From Phoronis australis (Eukaryota > Animalia > Phoronida), in the NCBI GenBank assembly GCA_002633005.1, contig NMRA01000412.1, positions 219,452 to 283,451 of the forward strand: a stretch of 64,000 bases of DNA, read 5' to 3'. Shown piece after piece: positions 25,969 through 38,800 of this stretch. The position numbers were made by a program, and so were the translations under genes. Within the stretch, counting starts at the first letter, position 1; every line of letters begins with the position of its first letter. The notes beneath the pieces were generated by a model. That model saw nothing but the letters and a program-made list of their open reading frames with translations. It made no database searches and was not told the DNA's origin.

Positions 25969-27254
25969 CGATCTTCGTTGGGTGAAGATGTCTGATTATA
26001 CACGCAATTTTTAACAGGCTAAATGTGACCAAATTCTTCTTTGTTATTTGCATGATTTGTCACCAGTAATTTGGCTCTGTGTCAGTAGCGACCAAAGATA
26101 CTGGACTGCTTCATTGAGTATTGTGAGTAAGTTCAATTTAATGTTTTGGCAATCTTATAAATATCGTTTTGTTACGTAAGTGCAATATAATTTGTCTTGC
26201 TGGGTATCTACATTTATCATACACATGTACACCCTTTCATGCATAATAATTTAAATTAGGACAGTTTTCAAATATTGCTCGCCGAACTGTGCCAGTTCAA
26301 AAACCTTTTGGAGGATTTCTAAATGTGAAGTCTGAATGTCCGTGTTTTCTATTATTTTTGTTTTTGCGCATTTATTATATGATAATTTTGGAAAAAGTAG
26401 ACGACAGATTCTTAGTCTCGAGTTTGCTGAATTTTTGGACTAATGGTGACCACCAAATGCGTAAGTGCATACCGATCAATGATAAATAGTATGCACTAGT
26501 CTCCTATAGGTACAAAAATTAACTGAACTGGTTCTTCCGCTATTTTGCATGTGACTAAGACTCGGTTAGCGATTTTGTTTTGGATAAAATGTTTATGAAC
26601 CCTCCGTAGAACATCTACGGCGTTGTGGGTAGATACCATAGATAACTTAATGTGATGTCTATGGTGGAAACAAAAAATAGCGTTTTCCATAATATGAGTC
26701 CGGGATACAGACATCCATTGGCATATTTGGGATTGGGTGCTCGGGACCATATGATATAGGTTTGCCCGAATGAAAAGCGTACGAAAAAATATTTCACGTC
26801 ACCAAATTCCTCCCCTCGTGTTTTCATACCCCTGATTTCTCCATATTTTTCCGTTGAGTTCTTCGCTGCCTGATTTTTTGTCTTGCCTCATTATTCATGC
26901 TTGCCTTTTTGGGAGTGGTAGTTGCCTTCTTGTCTACCAGTACAGTTTTCTTGGCTTCAGAACATTTTAGTTAACACAATTGTGTCATTTTAGTGTGGTA
27001 CCGTTATACTAGAGCGTGAGTCGGTACTGGTGTCGATTACATCGACACATCTACGTGAAAAAAAAAACAAAACAAAGCGAAACAGCACATGAACAACAAT
27101 AATACACGCCATGTGAAACAGCAACTAGAATAATTACGGAAGGCTTTCATGTTCGGGGTGTCATTTTGTCGACTTGTAGAATGAGGATGAGAGTCAAGGT
27201 AAAGAGAGTTTTGCAGCAGTTTCGTGAAGGTTTTATCATATACAAACATGAGCC

Positions 27255-27343
27255 ATTGAATGCAGAGGCAGCCTCGCAACAATTGGAAATTATGCAAACG
27301 TATTGAATGCAGAGGCAGCCTCGCAACAATTAGAAATTATGCA
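27255..27343 (+). repeat. 47-bp tandem duplication
   Basis: ATTGAATGCAGAGGCAGCCTCGCAACAATT(G/A)GAAATTATGCAA occurs twice. Confidence 0.85.
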
Positions 27344-29611
27344 ATTGGTTCCTGCAACTGCGAGAAGCAAACACTGCAATGCAACGATTGCTTGAAATTT
27401 CTTATTGCATGTACACGGCGGTTGACGTGGAGCTATCACCGGTGCCTTGATAGCATTGCTGTTAAACTGATACTCAGTATGGCACGACTTTTTCATAAGA
27501 ACGGTGTCTGATTCATGAAAATTGACTTTGAATTTCAGTACCGGTATGTTACTCGGTCGTCAACTTTGTTGTTTGTACGCACGCTAATGGTCGGCATTTC
27601 TTATTCGATCGTCAGAAAATTTACACATAACAAATTGCTCGAAGCCTACTGTATTTGGTTCAAATCGGTCTTAAGATGGCACTGTGGTGGCCATTTTACA
27701 AATTTATGCTTGTCGAGCTATAGCTCCGCTGTCTTTAGTATGCATCTTTTTTCTTTGGAAAGCTATCTGAAGAGTGTCATCGCTTTTCATAGTACGGCTT
27801 ACCATTCTCGAATTATTCGAGATTTTTGGTCAAATAAATGTCTCTTATTTCATTGGCCAATTCCTGTACTTCAGGTGGTCTGTGTCACGCGCAGTTTAGG
27901 TCGCAATTCTATTTTCGTCAGATAAACACGAAATTTAAACACATTGCTCACATTGTGGTAAGTTGGAAGTGTTACTTTAGGGCGAAATCGGACACAAGGT
28001 GAGCGGTGTTATAGCGTTTTATAATTGCTTTTGGTGCTCTAGCTTTGTGACCGTTGGAAGAAACTGTCTGAAATTTGGTATACGGGCCTCTATGCGGCAT
28101 TAACAGTTTCTCACTACGACTTCCCATTCTCCAATTATTCGGAATTTTCCGATTGCACGAGTGCCCTTTATTGACTTTAGACTCTCAATGCAACGGTTTT
28201 AACGTTGGTGACATGGGTACCTAGGATAGTGGTCGTTACTGTTCTTGGTTACGTTGTCGATCTCACTTTCATGTTTTTCAATCAATTTCGCCCTCCTGTT
28301 TCCATTTAATACGAATAGTCCGGCGGCAGAGAGTTTGTTCGTAAGAGGACTAACAGGCTCGTTTTTTATAGATTGATCTAAACTTTGCTCGAAATTGATT
28401 TCGGTGAGAATGAGGTGAAAGACGACGGACTTACAGTAGAAGACATTTGCATTCGAATGCCTAGTCTAACAGGTTCATGAATGTAGGTCAGTTAACTTCC
28501 CTAAATTTTCGTCGAAGTCAAGTGTGCGTAATTGCTCGTTGTGGTTCCCAAGGCTTTGTGGATTATGTTAAATGCATCTCGTTAACTGCCTCGTTTCCGT
28601 CCATAAGTACGTGAAGGAAAATGCGTGACACATATGCATACAATACCCTTGCGATGACCGACGTGCATAGCGACATTTTCATGTTTCCATGTGTGGTACA
28701 AAATAATGCCTTTTCCAGGAAAAATATTTTGATGTTCTATTGAGAATCAAAAAGACTATATACCAGACAAATGGAACAAATAAGCAGACTTTTTTCTTTT
28801 CAGGTGGTAAATTTTCAACGGCCTCGTTAGTCAATGCACATGTACTGTATGTGACATGATAAACAATGGCTGCACAGTCAGTTTCAAACAAGCTCTTTCG
28901 ATACATACATGTAGTTCGTCCATTTCGGTGTGAACTTCACTCTGTTGGTTAAAATGAAAATCGAATTAGGTCTTTTACTGTCTTAAAATGGGTCTCAAGA
29001 TATTCCTTATCATGATAGGATTCCATTTTCATCAACTACTCAACTCACACGCAACGCATACAATCTCAATTTTGACTTCGCAATTTTTGGCTTGGCCACC
29101 CCAAAGTAAGTTTTCCATTCTTTCTTGAGTTGGTGACGGTTTTGATGTTGGCTAAGAAAACAGAATCATATCCAGTAAAGGAATATTATTAGGAGAGTAA
29201 AAGGCCGAATTCTATTTTCATTGTTTACGACGTTATAGCTAAACAGGGCCAATTACAGCTTTAAGACTTGAAACTGACCAAAGATTATACAAACTACAAA
29301 GCGAACAGAGTTAGGTACATGTAGTTTTCAAAAAAGGGGACAAAGATCATCTAAGTTATGGTGAAATTCCTGAAGGAAAACAAATGATATCATTAATCCA
29401 TTGATGGACAATCTTTGCTCAGAAAATTTGCCTATTTTCAAAGGAAAATACTATTTTGAAAACTACTGTGCCTTCAATGCGAGGAAAATATGAGAGACGA
29501 TGACATGAAACACTGAATCTGAATATAGAGTAGAAGTTGAATGAAGGATACACGAACTAACTTGGCATGGAAGTTAGTTATGTTGTAAACATAGAGTATG
29601 TCGGCAGATGG

Positions 29612-29891
29612 CTAACATGTGAAATTCAACTCGGCACAAATGTCCGCGTGAGCGGTTATCATATAGTTTGGGAACATTTCTTGACATATGGGACATTTGA
29701 TGTCTGTCCAGTCAGCGGACTCGGCTGAGTTCGAGGACGGTAATGTTGATGGCGGTGTCAAAGATGAAACTGATGATGACATAATCGATGGCGGTGTCGA
29801 TGATTCGCTGTGAGTTGAGACATCATCGTCATCCTCAATTGTGATGACTTCTGCACCATCCCGCCTGTGTCTGTCACTATAACTGAGTTGA
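29612..29891 (-). CDS. XNDC1N: XNDC1N-like terminal exon: SIM-like VITIEDDDD, Ser/Pro-rich linker, UBZ4-type CPICQEMFPNYMITAHADIC, stop
   Basis: TTTTTTCAG acceptor in matching phase; open frame to TAG at 29614-29612. Confidence 0.78.
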
Positions 29892-32800
29892 CTGAAAAAA
29901 TGAAATACACGTTCAATTAAACGACAACATTCATCAGAGTGAGTTCATGAAAACTTGATCAAGGAGGAACTTGAAATTGACAAAGTGACAGGGCTGAAAT
30001 ACATGTAATAGCCCACCTGTTGGAAAGTATGTTGTTCAGTCACACAAGAACCTTAGCTATCACGTGAACACCTTCTTATTCTCCATGGGAGGCTTTCTTC
30101 GTTAGCACCACCATGTGAATATTAAATTTAAGATATTTGGTGCACCATATGGTTAAAAATTGATAAATTCGATCCCTAGGCAGAAGACTAAGCTGGACCT
30201 GAAATATTGGACTTATCTCCCATGACTCAGAACGTGTTCCACATTCATTGACATTTGAAAGTGTCTAACTTTGGAATGTCATACGTCAGAAATGGTCAAT
30301 ACAAAACTTTCAGATACGATGTTTTGTGCATTGTTTTCCAATACACCGCTAGGAATTGTTTTTAAATTGTTCCACCTTCGCATAAGGGGCTATTAAAATG
30401 AGGACTTTCACGATTTTTATGTAAAAGCGCTTAACTTGGATAATATTACATAAAAATGAAATGTTTTAAAAAATTATAACATTATTTTTGAGATATAATT
30501 TAGAACATTTAAATCGACTGAAATTTGATCACAATATAGACACGATTGTTTTGTTATCATTGCACTTTTTTAAAACTTTTTTTGTAAAAGTACATTGTCA
30601 TGTTATTAAATTAATGGAAGATTGGTAAAACATCAAAAATAAAATTATTCAGGTTTTTTACTTTCAGAAAATATTATATTGATTTTTCGCTCATTTAAAA
30701 TCTATAGTTTTGTAGTCTAAGATATTTGTTAAATACACTGACTCCCAGATTCCATTTGGCAGTTCGGGGGTGTGAATGTCTGGTGGACAAAACTCTGGCC
30801 AACACTCTGCCCTGCCCCCCAACTCAAAATTCTGGATCTGCCCTGGTCAATAAGGACAATTTCAAAACATTAAGATTGGTACTACTGTGATCCACTAATA
30901 TCCATTTTTTGACCTAGTGGCATTATGATGAAATAAGCCTTATCAACAGGTGGCGATAAGGTAGTTGATAGACAGTGTTCTGTATTTTTGTATGGATTTA
31001 ATGCAGTGGGATATTTTCCACCGTTTTTTATAATCTATTTACAAAATGTAATGACCAACATGCACTCAAATTGCCACTGGTGTGTATTGGTCTGGAATGT
31101 TAGTGAATTAAAGAAATAGCATTTCGCCCGTCATGCACACCAGAATTAGAAACTGGGTCAAGCGAAAGACACTTTTGAACTCTTACATTGCTAATGTATT
31201 GTATGTTGAAGGTTTCCTAGGTTGGCCTTACATAAACTTGGTGACACATGATGAATCCTAACAAATCTAAACAAACCTCTCCATTCTAGCAAGCCAGCCA
31301 TTCCGTTTATATCGAATTTCACTTTGGATGGAGCGAGACACCAATTTCTGTTTTTTCTCCGAAGACGCCTGGACCTAAAACATCCATTTTCACAGTTCAG
31401 TTACAGATAAACATTAAGAAATACTATGTCAACACCAGTTTAATCTAGATTGAATATGTTAGCTTTCAACAACTAATTCATCAAGAAAGACATATTGATG
31501 TCCAGTACAGTGTCAATTAGGACAAGGCAAAAATACCAAACTTCAATCTAGACCAATCCCATGTACATGTAAGTTAGTGGCTGTGAAACTTCCTGCTAAG
31601 AATCAAAGATATATGTCATGTACTTCGTTGTAGTGTTACATGTGTATTTAGAAATGCTAACTCAGTGACTTAAAAAACACAGGGTTGGACCCTCAAACAT
31701 TACGCAAAACAGTGGCTTTCATAGAAGGCATTATACAAGTGTTTAAGTCATTGCATTAATATATTAGGAAAATTATTCTTGACATATTCAACAATATTCA
31801 CACAAGACAAAACTAGTGAATGAGCTGAGTGGTGGTCAAAATTACATGGCCTGAGCATAAAAAAGCCCCTTAACTAAATCAACTGAAATTCCAAGCTCAC
31901 ACCAAGAAAGCAAAAGTTTTGTTATAACAATAATTAATTCTACCATGACCGAAGTTAAAGCAAATCTCATTTTCCACGAAATAAGCACCAGAATCTAGCT
32001 TTATCAACTTTCCTGTTTTAACACAAAATAGAGAGCTAGTAGAATTAGTAGGTTTACTTGAATAACTAACACATTTCGGAGAGTCCTTTAAAGAGAAAAT
32101 CAATTAGTTGCATCTTTTAAGAATTAACCAGCATGAGCCGGAAATCAAACCATGAAAATTGCCAATTAAGAGATTTTAATCCTCGACAAAGTAAGATGTT
32201 ATGTGAGGACCTTATTGGCGAAATTGTAGTAAGATTGATTACTAGCAGTTGTTTGGTAAGCCTACCTTCTTACATGACACCAAATATTTAAACAAACCTG
32301 TGTTTCTGATAAACGTCTCTTTGGTGTTAGCTGCATCACTGGCGTCTCTGAGGAAATCTGGCTCTTTGCTTCCATAGTAGAGGTACAACTCTTTGATATC
32401 GCAGGTCGTGCTAGAATTGACCTTGAATTACCATCATTATTTGAGCGTTTTAATAAAGTAGTTTGTTCCTTAACAGTGTTAGTATGAAATTTTCCTGTTG
32501 GCACTGGTGACATGTTGTTTTGTAGTTTTGGCTGCTTTGGCACACAAACTTTTGAGGTTTCTAATAAACATCCTTTTGGTGAAAACTGCTTGACTTGCTT
32601 CCCCGAGCAAACACCATTCTTTACTTCAGAAGTAGAACAGCTCTTCTTTGTAAATACTGGTGTTGACACTGACCTTGAATCCCCAATATTATTAATGTGT
32701 TTTAAAGGAGTTTGTTTTCTTGCTTCAGTGCTTATTCTATTGCCAGAGACTGGTGACAACTTGTCCTTTGGGTTTTGCTTCTTTGGCACATCTCCGTTTA

Positions 32801-35800
32801 GAAATTTGTCCATGAAATCCTGCGCTTTAGAGAAGAACACTTTCCTTTCTTCTTTAGACAGCTTCCTAGCTTTCTTCCTCTCCAAACCGTGGCGCAAATC
32901 TGCAATCAATGTAAAGGGAAAAGCTTATCTGAAACTGAAAACCCTCAACAACCATGATGAAAAAGACAACACAAACCATTGATATGTAAACTTAGCATCA
33001 GATACATCTTTTAAGAGCTTTAAATTAAAAGATACGAAGCCAATAAATGACAAAGGTAATATTATGCACAAAAAAGATAATTTTGGGCATACTAGAATTA
33101 GAGCGAATACCACCAAAACACCATTGGAACTGAGGTCCAAAATGTACGCAAGCAACCCCTTTGTGCAACTAACCAGAACCTAGCTCACTGGTTGTAATGT
33201 GAACATTCAAGGCTTTGTAAGCGAGCATTCACATATTAGATCATCACTCGAGGTGGGGAACGGGCTTGGAAAAGCTGACGTTTAAAAACAGGGGTAGGTA
33301 GTGCTCGAAAAGTCCCCCTTTTATCCCTATTGTGGAAATGGCGATAAGATATTCCAGCTGGTCACCAAATGACCATCAAAAATGGCCATTAAGAGCAGCA
33401 GATTTTGCCTGCAATGATTCTGTTGCCCTCTGATTAGTTTTTGTGCATCTACATGTCATTCAGCCTGAGAATACAATGCCTCACACGAAGTTTTTCAATC
33501 ATTCGAGTAGCAAAAGTTAGAGCAGCCTGAAGAAATGGAGGAGTTTGCACTTAGATTCATGTTGCTTACATTCTTCAGCTTATCTTGACATTTCTACAGC
33601 TGCCACACACGTTGGTTAGAGAGCGCTGCTTCAACTTTCAATTAGCCTCACGGTAACGGGAAATGTTAGGCCGTGTATTTCAATTTCAAAGAGCAAGGGT
33701 GATAAGGGTAACTCTGTGGGTCAGCGGGTAAGCGCCTACACCTTGATTTTCAGGTGCGCAGGAGTTTCACAGCTGTTAATTTGTATGTTTAAATGGCAAT
33801 TTCTAATAGGATGCATGAGTTCTCAAAACATCCACTCCGTATTTTACTATGTTCATAAAAATTGTGGCAGGTCTGCACTGGAGAAGACCTGCACTTTTGC
33901 GATGACATTTTGAGCGATCACTTTTAAAATTCCCATTGCCATTCGGCTAAAACAAGTGACTTTTTGAGCACTGAGAAGGGTTAGACTCATGGTGATGTCA
34001 TCAATGTGGTTTATAAGAATATCTCCATCGCAGTTTATATCGTTGGGAGACTGATTCACCCTGTCACGTTTTCAAGATTNAACAAATGGAAAGTTTTTTC
34101 AGTTGAAACCATACCAGCAAACTTACCTGAAAACTTCACTGCGTCTAAATCTAGCTTAGTGGCATCCAGTTCCATTAAGAAAGTTTCAACTTCATCATCA
34201 AACTGAAATGAAATGATGTGAAGAACTGCAGCCTATGAGTATGTCATTTGTTGAGGCATATATTATACACAACAGATTCATAACTCCGACATTTTCTTAC
34301 ATAATGTCCTAGAGGAGACACCTCCCTCTAAACATAGCAAACTCAGACGCTTTTGGTTAGTGAATTGTTACAGGAAATTCTTGCATCTATTTTACTGTCC
34401 AGTACAACAAAAACATATTTTCGGCATTGAAAACCTGTTCAAAGTCTTCCAATGGTATCGTGAGTACTTTTGGCACCCTAACTCACAACAGCCGACCATG
34501 ATTAGCAGACGACGTACTTGCCAGAAGTAAAACGTGCTATGTCTGCCAGGTGTCGCTAGTGAATAGTGATGACATGACTTATACGTAAGATCACAGATTC
34601 AGACCATCTAAAATATAAGGAGCTGGCAATCCATGTTCTATAATCTATGGTTGAGACTGACAAAAACCTGGATTTCTTCACAAAAAGATGATTTAGACCG
34701 CTTAACTTTAAGAAATTGGCCTCAAGTTGATCGTGAGTCAAACTGGGATTCACATTGCGCTAGAGACAAGGCTGCACAGCCCCCCCACTTTTTTCACTGC
34801 TACGCCACGCATGGTCTATAGCCGGTGCACCACAAGGGGGCTGAGGGGGCTTTAGCCCTCACTTTTTGCAGTGCTGCACCACCCATGAGTGATGACATGT
34901 CATTGTGTACAGTGGGCATGGTCCCAAGGAGTGACGACTGTCAGTTGTTTGAAAATGCAGATATCACTTCTCGTCAGAGTAAGTAGCAAGATGAGACCAA
35001 TTTCATAGCGGCAAGTGATTGAAATCAAACGTTCACATCTGAACATACAGAATTCATTAGTGCGTTTAATGAAATCTGTCTTCAAGAGAGGCTGCTACCA
35101 AATTATTAGACAGAACACACAGGTTTATATCCACCTTAAGTACACTCGCACTATTAAATCAATGGAGCAACGTATCTTAGCTATTTTATAGCACTGTGGA
35201 TCATACTTTATTGCTTTTATGTTAAGCATATTGCTTAAACAGCACACACAATCTAGTTTAGAAGTGGGCTGGGTTGCACAAAACTTCAGTTATCCGCTGG
35301 ATAAGTTTGATTGTTGCATGACGTCAGGTGGATTGTTTAACAATAACAACGTGGTGCGTGATAATGTGACGTCATTGTTGCTATGCAGCGTAAAACTTTT
35401 ATGCAACTGGACCCAAAAGTTGGATTAAAGGTCATGCACAGATATCTCCCAAAGATTTTCGAAAATACCAAAAAATTGCCATGCCCTGATGTCATAAAAA
35501 GTGAATAGGAGTCTGTGACAGAGAAATACAGAGGTAAAAATAGCTCAAAGAAATATCTTGTGAAAACAAATCAGACTAGCACAGCACTAACTATATATTA
35601 CTTTACATTTAACTAGACAATCAACATTTTATACATGAATGACTAGAGCATTTATCAACGAACTCCCAATAACCCCCTCCTCGTCCATTCGTGCCGGATG
35701 ATTACGCAGCTATCACGAGCATCGATGATCTACAAATCTCCCATGGGCTCTCGCTTGCCGTATGTTGAGAAGTTTGCAACTTAATATGAAGTTGACAAAC

Positions 35801-38800
35801 AGCTAATGACTGACTTGTAGTAAAGACCTCTCACAGTGTACCTAGACATTCGGTAACTTGCGGAACCGTAACGCATCAGTGACGGATTGGACCCATGAGT
35901 ACTCACGTACGTCTGATACCTGACCATGCTGCTTCCGTTAGTCGCCAGGACAGAACTAAATTTGTTTGGATGAGATTTCCGTTCGGCAAATGACCATTAT
36001 TAATTTAAAGTAACTCGGCATTTCTCACCTTCCCATTCGCGCTCAATCATTCGTGCACTAACGGTAACGCGAGAATTGCAAAAATGGTCTACAAATCTCC
36101 TGTACCGCTGACAGCTGCCGCACGTAGAGACGTTAGGGACTTCATTATGAAATCGACCACTAATTCATAATATGTTCACACACAACCATTCTTGCAGAAC
36201 GAGAAAAACGCAACAACATGAAGCAGGCGAAGTCCCGCACGGCTGAGATCAGACCGCCGACGCAGCGCCCGTTATCGCTTGCAGGGAAGCTAACTTCTCT
36301 ATATGGAGTTGACAATTAACAATTAAATTCGAAGTTTGAAATTCACAAAACGTAAACACAAATTAGTCTACTATCAACAAACACAAACATGTCACATTTG
36401 ATATACACAACTTCCATGTTTTCACCCCGACTACTTGTTGCTAACTCCACATTACGGCATCCGACATTTCAATGGTAAAGCACAATCTAGTAATATGAAG
36501 CAAAAGTGCGTCATATTACGAAAAAAAATGCGTGATGTGACGCATTTTTGCGTGATATGACGCATATTTGCGTGATATTACGCATCTTTGCGTTACGTTA
36601 CGCACGAGTGCGTAACGTGACGCATTTTTGCGTTATATCACGCACGCAAATTTGCGTTACCATTACACACAAATTTTTAATTGCCAATTACCAAAATCTT
36701 GTTTGTTGGTTTTTCAAAGCAAAGACAAGTATTTGCTTACAAAGTGATAGTCTTTCGTACCAAGCCATTTTTTTGAAAATATCTGGATATTTTTCATTTG
36801 CGTCACGTTACATTCCAGTTCGGGACAAAATGAGATTTTCCCTATTTAAATAAGATCGACTTATATTTAGTAATTGTGTGACAAGAAAGTTTTCTAGGAT
36901 TAGCAGACCATCCTGCTGAATGCATGCACTATGGATTACCGAAGGTTTTCGCTGAGCTCTTCCACCAACACTAGGAGGATTGTCAAGTGTTTTATACTTT
37001 GGACTTTGAATGGCTGTCATAACCATCTTCATATTCCGCAAGACTGAGGGTTCCGACAATCGTCCACCTTCTCCCGATTCATTTAATTTTACCAGTTTGT
37101 CTTTCATCGTTCTCTTAAACGAGTCTCTAAAATGAATAACAAGAATGCCAAAGTACAATCAAGTCACTTATAACTAAATGTCCATTACAGACCATGCAGG
37201 CAAACTCATTGGACTTTAAGTTCAACTGCGACTAATTATTACTTCGTTGTCAACGTGAAGATGATGCCCCTTTACGTCACCAGAAAAGAATCATTACTCA
37301 AAACCGAACTCAGAGCCCAATGAACAAGTTTTAACTGCATCTCAGGAACAGTATAATGTGACTTACTTCGATTGCGACTTCCCAAAGAAGTGCCTCTTGA
37401 TATCAGGCACAGACGGTGAAAGCATGGACATCTCGTCATTCAGGACAGCAGGCAACTTTTCCAGGGAGTTAATCGGAACATTATTCTGTAAAACAGCAAA
37501 ATGGTTTAACACACCAAAAGTGCTGGCTACAAGCTTCACCTCAGGAAAAGTGAAGTCCTTTGTACCACAAGTGTCTTGAAATGGTTCTGTAATAGTAATG
37601 ATGTCATTAGGCGGTAACTTGCCAACCATTAAAGTGTAAAAGGATTGGAAGTCCGTGCAGTGTTGAATCAAGTGCCATACATATCATACTTGAATTGTAC
37701 AACAAATATTAACCCGTATGCGTCAAAATTGTGATTACATGAACACAATTATCTTAAGAAATAATACAGCCATTATAACTGTACGGAAATCGAGCCCTTT
37801 GAAAGATCTCATTTACTTGAAGATTCAACTTTTTATTAATTCACTTGTCACTCCGCCATTTGTATTTTTTAACTCGTGAGGGCATTCAGGAAGATTTTTA
37901 AAGTGGCAGCGTGAATGGTTTCAAATTCAACTCTTCGACACCTTGAAAACAAATTATAAATAGCTAATATAATATCACACTTACATGATCAACTGGATTA
38001 TTGCCAACACCATCACAACTTGAAATTTTTATCATGGATATACCAAACTTGTCCTTTGAGTAAGGCTGGCTACAAATGACCTTTATCCGATCCCATTTTT
38101 CACTAGCAATACCACTGGCAAAGTTCTCTACAACAGGAAACAAAATCAAGTTTTCATTAACAACTTTCATTAAAGAACCTCAACAATGCAAACTGACTTG
38201 TTACTGTATCGTGGGTACAAGAGAGTGAACCAATAAAGGTAAAAATTGACATGGGCTGTTCCAAGTGATACTAACTGACCAAAATTGAACTGCAGCCTAT
38301 GCTGGCGAATGACCAGACAAGGCATAAGACTGCTACAGTAGAGGAAAAGAAACACCATAGGAGGGTTAAGGTTCTGTAAGGCCGTATCCATAAGTCTGCA
38401 TACTCAGCCAAATATTTGCAAAACTATAGATTTTAAGTAAACGAAAGTATTGTATTATTTTCTGGAAGAAGAAACCCTGAGGAATTTGATTTTTTACTAA
38501 TCTTACCAGTATGGGATATGTGAATGGGCCTTCTAAGTAAAATTTATCCAAAAAACAAAGATGCATTGACAGCAAAACAACAGTATAAATAAAACGATCA
38601 CATCTTAGTTTGATAAATTTTCAATATGAGATGTCAATGATGCTTTTACAGTTTTCCTAAATAGCCTTTCACTTTTTGTTTTGTTTTGTTTTGTTTTAAA
38701 GTCTTACTGTTTAATGGATCCTCATGCAAACTGGAACCTTTTAAAAACAATTCTTAAGAACATATTCGAGAACGACTTCTGAGACAACATGTTAGCCATA

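Noticed and set aside
32512-32982. 156-aa Phe-rich plus-strand ORF
   Set aside because: Antisense shadow of the Lys-rich exon 8 of the XNDC1N-like gene.
36507-36660. CRISPR-like array of palindromic repeats
   Set aside because: Spacers are only 4 nt, units vary internally, there are no cas genes, and the context is a eukaryotic intron.
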